Virus record (IMG/VR): IMGVR_UViG_3300022178_000016
Length of the DNA stretch: 32,879 nt
Direction: 5' to 3' (one strand)
Source of the DNA: a virus
Lineage: Duplodnaviria > Heunggongvirae > Uroviricota > Caudoviricetes
Positions within the stretch are counted from its first letter, which is position 1; each line of letters begins with the position of its first letter. Of the stretch, positions 14,640 to 23,853 are shown one piece after another. The notes beneath the pieces were generated by a model that did not search any database, was not told the DNA's origin, and saw nothing but the letters and a program-made list of their open reading frames with translations. Made by a program: the position numbers and the translations under genes.

Positions 14640-15568
14640 CATACAGTTCTAGGCCAGAAAGAAAAGGTTACACCCTTACCGAAGAAGGTGAAAATCTTTA
14701 CTCAGATTGGCTTGACAGAGGAGGGTGTTTCTGTCACACTGGCTGTGCTCCTTGCAGTACATGTACATTCGAGGGACACCCTATTTCATTGGAAGAAACT
14801 GATGAAGTGTGGGAACCAGAGTTAGTATTTCCTGAAATGAGTCCATTTAAATCTATTTATGAAGAGTGGTCAGGTAAGAACAAAGATAAATCGTTTGCAC
14901 AACAAATATCAGAAACAGAAGGAGGTGGTATGGCAAGATATAAAATTGTAAATAAAAGTGGTGTGAAAGATCCACCAGAGTTTAAAGTAGGTAATTGGTA
15001 TAAGTGTATTGATCCTTCCAATGAAGTTTTAAGGATTGGTAAATATTACAAATTTGTCAACAAGTCTGCTTGGAATACTGGTAGATTTGAAGATGAAAAT
15101 GGTCGGGGGGTTGGTGGTTGGAATTACACACGTTTTGATGTAAACTCTGAAGCATCTTTTAACCCCATGATAGAACAACCTAGAGGTACACCGGATCATC
15201 TTTTAGATTCTTTAAGTACTTGTGTAGGTATAGTAAGACAAACAAACGATTTAACTAAACAAACTGAGGAGAAACAAACTATGAGTAATGCAAATAATCG
15301 TCGAGTTTTAACCGTGCAAGTGTTTGACCTAGATCCAGCTTTGGATGTGGAACTGTCATTGGTTCATGTGTTCAAAGATGTTGTCACAGAAGACACTAAT
15401 GAAGTAACCTTAACTGAGTTGCTTCACACAGGTCAGTTAGTTGAGCCTTTGGCTCTGCACAACAAGAAACGTGTAGCACAAGACAATAAGGACATTTTGT
15501 CGCGTACTGGTAAGAAGGTCAAACTCGAGCCAGTGAAGGTCAAGAATCTTAGCTTCAAATATGTTTAA
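14636..15568 (+). CDS. modular hypothetical protein (Cys-rich N-module; nested starts at 14930 and 15281)
   Basis: GCFCHTGCAPCSTC motif; internal in-frame ATGs with AAGGAGG and GAGGAG SDs. Confidence 0.8.
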   Translation: MTYSSRPERKGYTLTEEGENLYSDWLDRGGCFCHTGCAPCSTCTFEGHPISLEETDEVWEPELVFPEMSPFKSIYEEWSGKNKDKSFAQQISETEGGGMARYKIVNKSGVKDPPEFKVGNWYKCIDPSNEVLRIGKYYKFVNKSAWNTGRFEDENGRGVGGWNYTRFDVNSEASFNPMIEQPRGTPDHLLDSLSTCVGIVRQTNDLTKQTEEKQTMSNANNRRVLTVQVFDLDPALDVELSLVHVFKDVVTEDTNEVTLTELLHTGQLVEPLALHNKKRVAQDNKDILSRTGKKVKLEPVKVKNLSFKYV

Positions 15569-15583
15569 TTAAGTAGCTTAACT

Positions 15584-15610
15584 GGGGCTACTCTTGTAGC
15601 CCTTTTATTA
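15584..15610 (+). terminator. rho-independent terminator
   Basis: GGGGCTAC-TCTT-GTAGCCCT followed by TTTATTATTTT. Confidence 0.85.
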
Positions 15611-15630
15611 TTTTATTTAGGAGAATATTT

Positions 15631-16029
15631 ATGAACTACTCAGAACCTTGTGAAAATAGTTGGTACTTGCGGGAACAGGAATACAAAGATGATATTGCTA
15701 ACCAGCATTGGTTAGATTCATTACCTCAAAAGTACGATTCAATTGGGGAATACTCGATTCTTATTCTAAAAGGAGAGGTTTGCTCAACAGAGTATGACTG
15801 GGTATTTAATGAATACTCTTCTGATACAGCTGAATATGAACGTTTGATTTGTGTAACAGAAGATTGGCTTAATGATGAAGTTAGTCAGCAAGATGAAGAG
15901 TTTCTTTTCAATGTTGTACAAGCTGCCCTAGAAGGTGCTAGTGAAATCCTGTATGATGTTGAATTGAGTGAGATTATTACAGAGGGTAACTTCTCTCTGT
16001 CTAAAATGATTAGTGAGGTGATAGGGTGA
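15631..16029 (+). CDS. hypothetical acidic protein
   Basis: 132 aa, AGGAG SD. Confidence 0.8.
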   Translation: MNYSEPCENSWYLREQEYKDDIANQHWLDSLPQKYDSIGEYSILILKGEVCSTEYDWVFNEYSSDTAEYERLICVTEDWLNDEVSQQDEEFLFNVVQAALEGASEILYDVELSEIITEGNFSLSKMISEVIG

Positions 16030-16280
16030 ATATTGAATTTAAACGGTGGTGTTTACACACCAAACACGAATGTACTGAAGTTACTATTAAATCTGATGGA
16101 ATTATTTTATCTGAAGATCATCTGACAGATGAAGATTTATGCACCATAGGTTTTGAATTTCTAACTGAAGGGCTTCGCAACAAAGGGCGTTATGAAATGC
16201 TTCAAGCTCTAATTGATTTAGGTATTATATCGGAGGATCAGATAGTAGAGTGGGTGAGGGAACTAAATGAACGCAACTAA
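16026..16280 (+). CDS. hypothetical protein
   Basis: GTG start, GAGG SD, GTGA overlap. Confidence 0.75.
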   Translation: MNIEFKRWCLHTKHECTEVTIKSDGIILSEDHLTDEDLCTIGFEFLTEGLRNKGRYEMLQALIDLGIISEDQIVEWVRELNERN

Positions 16281-16485
16281 TATCTACAGACTGGACACAA
16301 GAGAAGCTCTCTTACAAAGAGTGATGTCTAAAATAAACAAGGAAGTTAATGATAATCAGGAACTCTTCTTAGCTAAGATCATTAAAGATAACCCTGATAT
16401 TGACTTCATGAAGTATACTATTTGCCATCAAAATATTGTTGATGATGAGAAAATGATAACTAAATGGTGGATGGAGAAGATATGA
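16267..16485 (+). CDS. hypothetical protein
   Basis: 72 aa. Confidence 0.7.
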   Translation: MNATNIYRLDTREALLQRVMSKINKEVNDNQELFLAKIIKDNPDIDFMKYTICHQNIVDDEKMITKWWMEKI

Positions 16486-16646
16486 CTGGTTTCGAGGTAG
16501 GTAGAAAAGATGCAGAAACAGATTTCTTTCTGTGGATGTGTAGGTATGATACCTCAATCCGTTCTCTCGAATGTTATCTACTTGGATTGAAACACGGCAG
16601 AGATTATATCAATGGATATGTTTCTTACATTAAGGAGTATTCTTAA
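16482..16646 (+). CDS. hypothetical protein
   Basis: Start at ATG 16482 after GGAG; ATGA overlap. Confidence 0.65.
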   Translation: MTGFEVGRKDAETDFFLWMCRYDTSIRSLECYLLGLKHGRDYINGYVSYIKEYS

Positions 16647-16664
16647 TATGGGTAAACTTACTAA

Positions 16665-16964
16665 ATGGGTAAACTTCAAGTTCTCATGGGTGAATATAGA
16701 AGACTAGAAACAGAACTTAATAAACTACAGAATGAAATCCATGCAATGGATAGGATTGACATAGACTTTGACCTACACAATCGTGGGCAGAATACAATAG
16801 TCCTTACTGGTTGTTACAAAGGAAGAGGTTATGTTCAGTTTTATGATATTCCTCGTGAAGAGTTTATTCACTATGTTGAACGACTACAACACGAAAGAAA
16901 GCATAATCTAATTAGGAATACAGACTGTCCACCCAGTATAAAAACTTACTTCAATTTTAAATAG
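16665..16964 (+). CDS. hypothetical protein
   Basis: 99 aa; its first 12 nt are duplicated at 16648. Confidence 0.75.
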   Translation: MGKLQVLMGEYRRLETELNKLQNEIHAMDRIDIDFDLHNRGQNTIVLTGCYKGRGYVQFYDIPREEFIHYVERLQHERKHNLIRNTDCPPSIKTYFNFK

Positions 16965-16974
16965 GAGGAACTAA

Positions 16975-17196
16975 ATGAACGCAAGTGATCGTGCTTTTGA
17001 AATATGGAAAGAGCTTGGAGAGTCTGCCCTAATACGTCTTGATGGATTTGATTCAGAATTAATTGCTGTCGTTACTAACTCAGGTATTAATTTAGTCCAG
17101 AGTTGGGATGAGGAATTACATCACGAGGTGTTCTTACCAGAAGACTGTTATAAAGGTTTACTTAAAATATTACAGGAGAAAGTGAATGGTAATTGA
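16975..17196 (+). CDS. hypothetical protein
   Basis: 73 aa, AGGAGG SD. Confidence 0.75.
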   Translation: MNASDRAFEIWKELGESALIRLDGFDSELIAVVTNSGINLVQSWDEELHHEVFLPEDCYKGLLKILQEKVNGN

Positions 17197-17647
17197 ATTT
17201 GTGAAAGGTTGTTTATTAGATGCCTTCGATAAAGGGGAGGCGAATGTAATTGGGCATGTCGTTAACTGTCAAGGTGTAATGGGGAGTGGTATAGCTAAAA
17301 GTATCCGTGACAAGTACCCTATAGTTTACCAAAACTACAAACATTTTGTGGGGGAATGGACTTACAAAGAAGATATGTTAGGTTATTCTCAACATATCTA
17401 TCTCCCAAACTGTTCGTCTGTTTGGAACTTGTTTGCACAATATAGGTATGGCAGTACTACTCGGGACTTAAACTATGGGGCTATGGGGAAAGCTTTGATG
17501 GAAATGGCTGACGATTTAGATGTTGACTCAAAGGTAGGATTTCCTTTCAAGATGGGATCAGACAGAGCTGGTGGAGATTGGGATATTGTTCTTGAGATGA
17601 TTGAGTTTTATTTTAAAAATTTCCAAGTTAAGATTTATAAACTTTAG
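17186..17647 (+). CDS. macrodomain (Appr-1-p processing/ADP-ribose hydrolase-like) protein
   Basis: KGCLLDA...IGHVVNCQGVMGSGIAKSIRDKYP...FPFKMGSDRAGGDW. Confidence 0.9.
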   Translation: MVIEFVKGCLLDAFDKGEANVIGHVVNCQGVMGSGIAKSIRDKYPIVYQNYKHFVGEWTYKEDMLGYSQHIYLPNCSSVWNLFAQYRYGSTTRDLNYGAMGKALMEMADDLDVDSKVGFPFKMGSDRAGGDWDIVLEMIEFYFKNFQVKIYKL

Positions 17648-17657
17648 GGGGTGGATT

Positions 17658-17825
17658 ATGAAATACTTGTTATTTATACTTACAGCACTATCAGGTTGTT
17701 GTGCAGTTGATAATAACTCAGCAGGGTATACACACCCATTCCCTGTAACGGAAGAGTGTATTGAAGGTAAATTATATTGGGTTAATGAAGATGGTAAATT
17801 AGATATAGGAGAGGTTTGTGAGTAA
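17658..17825 (+). CDS. small lipoprotein
   Basis: MKYLLFILTALSGC signal peptide with lipobox L-S-G-C; start at ATG 17658. Confidence 0.6.
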   Translation: MKYLLFILTALSGCCAVDNNSAGYTHPFPVTEECIEGKLYWVNEDGKLDIGEVCE

Positions 17826-18780
17826 TTTAATTATGAAATGTTTGTTCGGTAGTCACTTATATCAGTTGGATACGCCTAATTCAGATAAAGATTATAAAGG
17901 TATTTACTTACCAACTAAGGATGAACTTCTATTAGGTAAGTATGCCAAACATTATTCTGAGAATACTGGTAATGATACTACCAAGAACACTAAAGATGAT
18001 GTTGATTGCGAGACTTACGCTCTGCCATACTTTATTGAACTGGCTTGTAAAGGTGAGACTGTTGCTTTGGATATGTTACATGCTAAAGATGAAATGTTCG
18101 AATCCCAGTTATGTGATGTTTGGTTTGAGTTAAAAAAGAAAAGGCAGATGTTCTACACCAAAGATATGAAGTCTTACATTGGGTATGCCCGTAAGCAAGC
18201 TAATAAGTATGGTATCAAGGGTAGTAGAATGGAGGCTGTTGAGAAGGTCATTAACTTTGTGTCCTTCTCTTATAACGAGGAACAACGCCACACACTTAAG
18301 ATTAAAGATATAATTAAGAAATTACCTGAAAGTGAGTATGTGAAGATTGTTAAGATGATGGAAACAAAACAAGGTGATTTAACTTTCTATGAAGTTTGTG
18401 GCCGTAAGTTTCAAGACAGTCTGACCTTAGAACAACTTAAAATTCATTGTCAATCTATATATGATGAATACGGGGATAGGGCTAAGTTAGCTAAGATAGA
18501 TCAGGGAATTGACTGGAAAGCAGTTTCACATGCTTTAAGAGCTTCCTATCAGATGCTTGGCATACTGAAAGATGGGGATTTTGAATACCCTTTAACCCAG
18601 ACCAAGTTCCTATTAGAAGTTAAAACTGGGCAATTGAATTTTGTTAATGAAGTGCAACCAGAGTTGGATAATGTTATTAATGAGGTTGAGAAGCTGTCAG
18701 AATTAAGTTCTCTGCCAAGAAAAGTTGATAGGAATTATTGGGATCAGTGGTTGTTGAAAGTTTATAACGAATATCTTTAA
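17818..18780 (+). CDS. Pol-beta superfamily nucleotidyltransferase, T4 NrdC.11-like
   Basis: FGSHLY...PNSDKDYKGIYLP...KNTKDDVD...GETVALDMLH matches the recalled NrdC.11 pattern. Confidence 0.85.
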   Translation: MSNLIMKCLFGSHLYQLDTPNSDKDYKGIYLPTKDELLLGKYAKHYSENTGNDTTKNTKDDVDCETYALPYFIELACKGETVALDMLHAKDEMFESQLCDVWFELKKKRQMFYTKDMKSYIGYARKQANKYGIKGSRMEAVEKVINFVSFSYNEEQRHTLKIKDIIKKLPESEYVKIVKMMETKQGDLTFYEVCGRKFQDSLTLEQLKIHCQSIYDEYGDRAKLAKIDQGIDWKAVSHALRASYQMLGILKDGDFEYPLTQTKFLLEVKTGQLNFVNEVQPELDNVINEVEKLSELSSLPRKVDRNYWDQWLLKVYNEYL

Positions 18781-18788
18781 GGAGATTT

Positions 18789-20660
18789 ATGAGTGAAAAA
18801 GATAATGGAGATTTTGTAGGACATTTCTCATGTATTGCTGATGAGATACCTAATAAGAAATCCTGTAGTAGTAGTGATGGGTTGGCGATATACCAACATA
18901 AAGATGATCAAGATATACATTACGATGGATTCTGTTGGTCATGCAATCAATTCTTTAATTCAGAGGAAGTACATAAAAGTAACATCTCAAGGGAATTAGG
19001 GATAGAAAACGGAGTTGTCACAGATTCTAAGAAAGTCTCTATTAAGCCTAAAAAAGAAGCTATGACAACAGAGCAAGTTATTGCTTTTATAAAGTCAGTA
19101 GGGTATCAGTCTGGTAACTATAGGGGCATCCCTGATGAGTACAGTCAGTTTTTCGGGCACTTAACTAAAATAGATAATCAAGGTAAGGTATTAGCTAGGT
19201 TCTATCCTGAAACAGAAGATGATAAAGTGGTTGGATACAAATCTCGTATACATCCTAAAACCTTCGGTAAGCTTAATCAAGGGCGTACAGGAATTAAATC
19301 ACAACTGTCAGGTCAAGTTAAGTTTAAATCTGGAGGGAAATACCTATTAATTGTAGGTGGGGAAGAAGATAAAGCTGCTGCTTTTGGGATGCTTCGTGAA
19401 TCTCAGAAGAAGCGAGGTCAACAAGAGTTTGAACCTATCGCGGTTGTTAGTCCAACTACAGGAGAAGGGAGTGCAGCGAAACAGATAGCAGCTCAATATG
19501 ATTTCTGTAATGGGTTTGATAACATAATTGTTGCAATGGATAATGATTCTAAAGGACACGAAGCTACTGCGGAAATAGTGAAAGTTCTCCCTGCTGAGAA
19601 AGTTAAGATAGCTACATGGTCTGGTAAAGACCCTAATAAAATGTACCAAGATGGAAAGCAAGATCAATTTGTTCGGGATTTCTATAATGCAAAACCTTAC
19701 CTAGCAGATGGTGTTATTACTTCTGTAGAAGCTGATGAAAGTATTGAAGAAGAACTAGCACGACCTAAGATTAAACTCCCAGAGTTTATGAGGGTATTGC
19801 AGAACAAGATGGCAGGAGGCATTCCCCTTGGATATTGGGTTAATTGGATTGCAATGACAGGTGTGGGTAAGTCTACAACAGTTAATGAGGCGATTAGGGA
19901 GTGGGTGTATCACAGCCCTTATAAGGTAGGTATTCTTTCCTTAGAGCTTACAGATGCACAGTACATGATTTCTATGTTGAGTCGTGAAGTAGGGGCTAAG
20001 ATTAATCTTATCGAGAATCCACAAGAAGCAGTTTCTTTTGTGCAACAACCTGAGGTACAAATAGCACGTACTCACTTAAGAGAAAATGAATTTGGGGAAG
20101 AACGTTTCGTTATCTTAGATGACCGTGAAGGTAGTTTAGAACACACTAAGAAGCAGATTGAGAAGCTGATCAAGAAGCATGGGTGCCAGTTAATTGTTAT
20201 TGATCCTATTAATGATCTATTTGATGGTGTTGGTTACGAAGAACAAGCAGCCTTTATTAAGTGGATGAAAGCTATTGTTAAAACAGGGGTTACGTTCTCT
20301 TGTGTGTGCCATGTAAGAAAATCCAACAATAGTACAGATAAGAATGGTAAACGTATCGTACGGGAATTAACCGAAGATGATGTTAGCGGTCTGTCTCTTA
20401 TCACTAAGAGTGCGGGAGCTAATATTTTCTTGAATCGAGATAAGTATGCAGAAGATGTTATAGAACAAAACACTACTAAAGTTACAATGGGTAAGTGTAG
20501 GTGGACAGGTATAACAGGTAATGCAGGTTCTTGGTTTTATGATAATAAAACACACACCATGTATGACTTTGATACATACTTCTTAAAAGAGTCTGAAGGT
20601 ATTCCTTTAGAGTATTCTTCTTACGAAGAACAAGAGATAGATATAAACGATATTTTATAG
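18789..20660 (+). CDS. primase-helicase (T7 gp4-type: Zn-binding, TOPRIM, SF4 helicase)
   Basis: N-terminal Cys cluster, VGGEEDK and MDNDSKG TOPRIM motifs, Walker A MTGVGKST, LIVIDP, acidic tail. Confidence 0.95.
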   Translation: MSEKDNGDFVGHFSCIADEIPNKKSCSSSDGLAIYQHKDDQDIHYDGFCWSCNQFFNSEEVHKSNISRELGIENGVVTDSKKVSIKPKKEAMTTEQVIAFIKSVGYQSGNYRGIPDEYSQFFGHLTKIDNQGKVLARFYPETEDDKVVGYKSRIHPKTFGKLNQGRTGIKSQLSGQVKFKSGGKYLLIVGGEEDKAAAFGMLRESQKKRGQQEFEPIAVVSPTTGEGSAAKQIAAQYDFCNGFDNIIVAMDNDSKGHEATAEIVKVLPAEKVKIATWSGKDPNKMYQDGKQDQFVRDFYNAKPYLADGVITSVEADESIEEELARPKIKLPEFMRVLQNKMAGGIPLGYWVNWIAMTGVGKSTTVNEAIREWVYHSPYKVGILSLELTDAQYMISMLSREVGAKINLIENPQEAVSFVQQPEVQIARTHLRENEFGEERFVILDDREGSLEHTKKQIEKLIKKHGCQLIVIDPINDLFDGVGYEEQAAFIKWMKAIVKTGVTFSCVCHVRKSNNSTDKNGKRIVRELTEDDVSGLSLITKSAGANIFLNRDKYAEDVIEQNTTKVTMGKCRWTGITGNAGSWFYDNKTHTMYDFDTYFLKESEGIPLEYSSYEEQEIDINDIL

Positions 20661-20670
20661 TGAGGTAAAA

Positions 20671-23142
20671 GTGACAGATATTAAGAAAAGACTTCTAGCA
20701 AGTGATATTGAAGCTGTAGGGTTTTATGATGTAGTTCATACTAAAAAAGATATACACTGTTTGTGCTCCATTGATATTACTACTAACGAGGTATTTTTAT
20801 TCCATGACTATGAAGGTTTTGACAACGTATCTGTTACTGATCCCTACGACAAACAAGTTTATATCATACCTAAGAAAAATGGTTCGTTAGAAGACGGTAT
20901 TATGTTTTGGAGAAAGTCTGCGGAAGTCGGTAGCTTACTCATAATACACAACCTAGAACACTATGATAAACCTGTTATAAATAAGATTTGGCCTGATAAC
21001 TCAATACCAAATGAAGCTTATCATGACACGTTTATACAATCAAAACTTCAATGGTTTGAACGTCCTTGTCCAAGAGGGGCTAAGTCTCCCCATGGTTTGA
21101 AGGCTTGGGGTATTAAGTGTGGGGTTAACAAACCAGAGATTTCTGATTGGTCTACAATGGATGCTTTTAAGCTACATCGTGTTATTGAAGACTGTAAGAT
21201 TCAAGCCAAGACTTATTTAATGCTGGAAAAAGAACGTAAGGAATTAAAAGAAAGTTATGGTATCGACTTCACAGCAGCCCTTAAGATAGAGGCTATGTAC
21301 GCCGCTGAATGTTTCTTACAAGAGCAACGTGGGGTTAAGATAGATGTACCACATGTTAAAGAATGTTTACTAGATTTAGACACTAAACTAGAAATACTTA
21401 GGGCTGAGATTGAACCTAATCTCCCCCCTGTAGTTAAAGGTAAAGGTACTAAAATTAGTCGCTCTGAAATGGCAGAACTCTTTGGTTATAGTTCAGCTAA
21501 TATTAAAGATAATATAGTGCAGCGTAAGCGAAATGGTGTTGTAGAAGATGTAGTTGAGAAACCTTATTTTAAGCCTAGTATGAATTTTACTAAGAAAGAT
21601 AAGGTAACTTCTTATTATGGATTTAATTTATCTTACGGAGCTAGTCCTACTTTTACTAAGAAAAAGGAATTAACAGATTGGATAAAAGCAAGTTACCCTG
21701 AAACTAAACCGAAGGATTGGGATATTGAAAAGAAAGAAGAAATTTATGAAGTTCTAAATAGCCACACTTGTGAGTACTTTGGAGTAGAACCTACAGACAC
21801 TCATTTAATCAGTGGTGCTTATACAAAGGTTACTATTGAGCCTGCTACTCTTACGCAATCTGATGAAGTTAAAGCTTTTCTTATCAAATTAGGGTGGAAG
21901 GATGCAGAAGACTGGAACCTTAAAACTGATTTTGATGATAACTACATTAAGGTAGAGCAGACCACAGAAGTAAGGTGGCCAGTTAGGGCAGCTCCAGAAA
22001 ATCAAATGGTTAAGATACTAAAGAAAGGAGAATACCTAGTAAGTAGTCCTAAACTAAGTGAAGAAGATTATGACCAATTACCTGAAGGTATTGGACGTAA
22101 GATTGCGGAGTACAATACCTACCAACATCGTAGACGCTTCTTGGAAAACCCTAAAGATCCAGAGAATAAGGGGTTATTAAGTTATGTAAGAAGTGATGGT
22201 AGAATTCCAGCAGGTGTTAACAACTTCGCCACTCGTAGCGGGAGAGGGGCACAACGTATTTGGGTAAATGCCCCTTCTGACAGTGCTTTGTATGGAGAAG
22301 AAATACGTCAGTGTATCATTGCAGAAGAAGGTAAAGTTTTAGTAGGGGTAGATATGAAATCCGCACAATTATCAATTGCAGCGTACTACGCCAATAACTA
22401 TGAGTATTACAACTCTGTAGCTTGTGGACAAGAACTTGATGAAGATGGTAAATATGTAGGGCAATCAGCTCACTGTGTAAATACTAGAATGTTTGGTATG
22501 GTGAGTGAAAAGGATTGGTTACTGGCAGTAGATCAACAAGATAAAGATTTGATACATCATATCACCCTTAAAAGAAAGGCTAGTAAAGGAGGTAGTTTTG
22601 CGGTAATCTTCGGGGCTAGTGGGAAGAAAGTGGGAAAAACTATTGGTATCCCTGAGAGTGAAGGGAATGCCCGTAAAACCCAGTTCTTACAACAAATGGG
22701 TTTGGATACAACTATTGAAACTCTTAAAGTATTTGAAAATGCGTATAAGTTTAAAAATGGTTTCATGTTACCCCTTGCATTTGGTTATTGGTTGTGGAAC
22801 AATAGTAGCCACAAGAGTGTAAATACTATCGTACAAGGATTTGAAGCACTAGCTCAGAAACTTATGACAGTTCGCTTATCGAAAGAACTTAAGCGATTAG
22901 GTTTAGACCAGAAAGCTATGATGGTACTTGATGTACATGATGAAAAACTATTAGAAGTGGAGGTTGGTTATGAAGATCAAGTTGGAAAATTAGCAGGAGA
23001 GTGCTACACTTGGGCAGCGGAGCAGATTTTTAATTACCATGTTAAAAACCCTAAAACGTTTGCTAATAAAAGACCACCATTGTTTTCAATTGACTTGAAT
23101 GGTGGTTACAAAGTGGGTAAAAACTATTATGATGTGCATTAA
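20671..23142 (+). CDS. family A DNA polymerase with 3'-5' exonuclease
   Basis: ExoI SDIEA; motif A VGVDMKSAQL; motif B RKASKGGSFAVIFG; motif C VHDE. Confidence 0.95.
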   Translation: MTDIKKRLLASDIEAVGFYDVVHTKKDIHCLCSIDITTNEVFLFHDYEGFDNVSVTDPYDKQVYIIPKKNGSLEDGIMFWRKSAEVGSLLIIHNLEHYDKPVINKIWPDNSIPNEAYHDTFIQSKLQWFERPCPRGAKSPHGLKAWGIKCGVNKPEISDWSTMDAFKLHRVIEDCKIQAKTYLMLEKERKELKESYGIDFTAALKIEAMYAAECFLQEQRGVKIDVPHVKECLLDLDTKLEILRAEIEPNLPPVVKGKGTKISRSEMAELFGYSSANIKDNIVQRKRNGVVEDVVEKPYFKPSMNFTKKDKVTSYYGFNLSYGASPTFTKKKELTDWIKASYPETKPKDWDIEKKEEIYEVLNSHTCEYFGVEPTDTHLISGAYTKVTIEPATLTQSDEVKAFLIKLGWKDAEDWNLKTDFDDNYIKVEQTTEVRWPVRAAPENQMVKILKKGEYLVSSPKLSEEDYDQLPEGIGRKIAEYNTYQHRRRFLENPKDPENKGLLSYVRSDGRIPAGVNNFATRSGRGAQRIWVNAPSDSALYGEEIRQCIIAEEGKVLVGVDMKSAQLSIAAYYANNYEYYNSVACGQELDEDGKYVGQSAHCVNTRMFGMVSEKDWLLAVDQQDKDLIHHITLKRKASKGGSFAVIFGASGKKVGKTIGIPESEGNARKTQFLQQMGLDTTIETLKVFENAYKFKNGFMLPLAFGYWLWNNSSHKSVNTIVQGFEALAQKLMTVRLSKELKRLGLDQKAMMVLDVHDEKLLEVEVGYEDQVGKLAGECYTWAAEQIFNYHVKNPKTFANKRPPLFSIDLNGGYKVGKNYYDVH

Positions 23143-23160
23143 TTAACAAAGGAGAAACAA

Positions 23161-23505
23161 ATGGAAGAAGTAAACTTGAAAGACCTTCTACAACAATACT
23201 GTGTTGAGAAAGGTTATGATTTTGACCCAGAAGATAATGAAGGTTTGTATGAAACCTTTGAGTATAGTTCTAAAACAGTTTGGACAGGTGAACCAGATCA
23301 TCACCGTTGGTTCACTTATTATGATGTTATTCGTAAGCTAACTGTTGGAGGTAAGGACTATTTCTTTGAAGATACTTACATGTCTGTAGATGGGGATAAT
23401 AGTCGCCGTGATTGTGGTTGGTCAGCACCAGATGTTAGTGAGATTGTTCAGGTATTCCCTAAACAAGTTTTAACAACAACTTATGTAACAAAAGATAATT
23501 TATAG
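23161..23505 (+). CDS. hypothetical acidic protein
   Basis: 114 aa, AAGGAG SD. Confidence 0.85.
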   Translation: MEEVNLKDLLQQYCVEKGYDFDPEDNEGLYETFEYSSKTVWTGEPDHHRWFTYYDVIRKLTVGGKDYFFEDTYMSVDGDNSRRDCGWSAPDVSEIVQVFPKQVLTTTYVTKDNL

Positions 23506-23513
23506 GAGGTTTT

Positions 23514-23675
23514 ATGAATGATTATTCTATAACCGTAGGGGATATGATCTTGTCTGCCAAGACTCTGAAAGGTCTTCAGGAGATAATCGAACTTTTTGGG
23601 CTAGTAACCCCAAAGAGCGTCACTAATGTAGTCAATCTACAAGTGGTTAAAAATGAAGGAGAAACAAATGAATAA
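23514..23675 (+). CDS. small hypothetical protein (53 aa, not in ORF track)
   Basis: MNDYSITVGDMIL...; AGGAGG SD. Confidence 0.65.
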   Translation: MNDYSITVGDMILSAKTLKGLQEIIELFGLVTPKSVTNVVNLQVVKNEGETNE

Positions 23676-23841
23676 AATGTACCAAGTGGTAGACCGTACT
23701 ACGGAACAACCATTAACACCATATCCTACTTTTAATCGAGATGTTGCCAGAGTTCATAAGCAACGTCTTAAACAACAAGGTTTGGATGTAGTAATACAAG
23801 CAAGTAAAGTTCAATTAACCAATACTAAAACAATTCGATAG
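23668..23841 (+). CDS. hypothetical protein
   Basis: Start at ATG 23668 after AAGGAG. Confidence 0.75.
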   Translation: MNKMYQVVDRTTEQPLTPYPTFNRDVARVHKQRLKQQGLDVVIQASKVQLTNTKTIR

Positions 23842-23853
23842 GAGATTTAAAAT

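Noticed and set aside
20671-23142. Intein or intron in the DNA polymerase (long insert between exonuclease and polymerase motifs)
   Set aside because: The ORF is continuous, with no intein C/S...HN-C/S/T junctions or LAGLIDADG motifs seen. The insert is more consistent with a T7-like processivity loop region.
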